This document shows, piece by piece, positions 32,571 to 32,737 of a stretch of DNA of 32,737 nt. Each line of letters begins with the position of its first letter. The stretch's first letter is position 1. Source of the stretch: a virus; the IMG/VR virus record IMGVR_UViG_3300045988_160024; one strand, 5' to 3'. The notes below the pieces were generated by a model. The model made no database searches and was not told the DNA's origin. It worked only from the letters and a program-made list of their open reading frames with translations. Position numbers and translations under genes: made by a program.

Positions 32571-32599
32571 ATTATAGGGTAGACCATAGAGAAAAGCAA
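32571..32599 (-). promoter_or_regulatory. Sigma-70-type promoter TTGCTT-17 nt-TATAAT driving the small-peptide/RHH operon
   Basis: The reverse complement of 32594-32599 is TTGCTT and of 32571-32576 is TATAAT. It lies 22 nt past the recombinase stop and about 30 nt upstream of the 43-aa ORF. Confidence 0.55.
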
Positions 32600-32621
32600 G
32601 CAGATATTTGGGATTGTTCAG

Positions 32622-32737
32622 TCATTTTTTATTGTTTGATTCACAGAAGGTCACGATGGCAAACCAATTGCGTGTTACCTTGATTTCAACTGAGTTGGCA
32701 TATATTGTGTTCGCAGTAAGTGGCTTCTGCTCCACCA
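32622..32737 (-). CDS. 3' end of the same serine recombinase gene (last codons ...VTFCESNNKK, stop TGA at 32624-32622)
   Basis: The frame from position 1 continues into 32642 and downward: gaa tca aac aat aaa aaa tga. Bases 32643-32737 duplicate codons already seen at 1-95. Confidence 0.85.
   Translation of the reverse strand, partial: VEQKPLTANTIYANSVEIKVTRNWFAIVTFCESNNKK
32643..32737. repeat. Terminal direct repeat, copy 2 (identical to 1-95)
   Basis: Exact 95/95 match to the window start. Confidence 0.97.

Larger units (their letters stand above)
1..32737. mobile_element. Complete temperate tailed-phage genome (siphovirus-like, HK97-type head module), circularly closed; unique length 32,642 bp
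   Basis: Full set of lysogeny, replication, packaging, head, tail and lysis modules. Exact 95-bp overlap at the two window ends. A recombinase ORF reads continuously across the junction. Confidence 0.9.

Noticed and set aside
32258-32599. The 113-aa track ORF spanning the accessory region.
   Set aside because: It would start inside the promoter, has no RBS and is low-complexity. It merges two separate short genes, each with its own strong RBS, in different frames.
1-32737. Genome-wide stop-codon reassignment as the explanation for the in-frame TGA (RT) and TAG (zinc ribbon).
   Set aside because: TGA, TAG and TAA each end many well-delimited genes here with correctly placed downstream RBSs and starts. 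Any readthrough would have to be site-specific.
32643-32737. The 95-bp repeat as prophage attL/attR or a tRNA-derived att core (it ends in CCACCA).
   Set aside because: The repeat has no T-arm or acceptor-stem structure. Large serine integrases do not generate long direct repeats. The recombinase ORF also closes neatly across the junction.

Overview
This window is a complete, circularly closed genome of a temperate siphovirus-type phage with an HK97-like head module. Bases 1-95 recur exactly at 32643-32737, so the unique length is 32,642 bp.

Layout:
- Minus-strand lysogeny module: a 520-aa large serine recombinase cut by the linearisation point, a 97-aa unknown, and a cI-like XRE repressor. 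It faces a Cro-like gene across a 226-bp region with four dyad operators.
- Early genes: small membrane proteins and unknowns, a DUF4373 replisome-organiser-like protein, an ori-like non-coding block, a small P-loop ATPase, DUF3310, a second recombinase of the tyrosine family, an actinobacterial-type IHF (mIHF) homologue, SSB, dUTPase and a putative late regulator.
- Packaging and head genes: HNH, TerS, TerL, portal, protease, capsid.
- Connector and tail genes: major tail protein, chaperone pair, tape measure, Dit, Tal, BppU-like protein.
- A diversity-generating retroelement (DGR): a receptor-binding target gene with a C-terminal VR, then TR, then the reverse transcriptase.
- Lysis cassette: holin, a membrane-anchored C39-like peptidase, and a GH25 muramidase with three CW_7 repeats.
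- A low-GC minus-strand mini-operon of two tiny membrane peptides plus an RHH protein.

The strongest signal is the DGR. VR and TR are 103 bp long and differ at 13 positions, every one a TR adenine. Its RT carries an in-frame TGA between the fingers motifs and YADD, no Avd-like gene is visible, and two GNRA-capped GC hairpins follow VR.

Other points worth a second look:
- two recombinase families in one 32.6-kb phage
- a phage-encoded mIHF
- an in-frame TAG splitting a CxxC...CxxC zinc ribbon
- mirrored G-quadruplex motifs plus GTTTTC iterons (candidate origin)
- a tail-chaperone extension in the +1 rather than the -1 frame
- dyad-rich DNA between HNH and TerS (candidate cos region)

The host is probably an actinobacterium. 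This is inferred from the mIHF homologue, the fairly high GC and the strong AGGAGG-type RBSs. I saw no tRNA, rRNA or CRISPR array. All homology statements come from motif recognition by eye, not from database searches.
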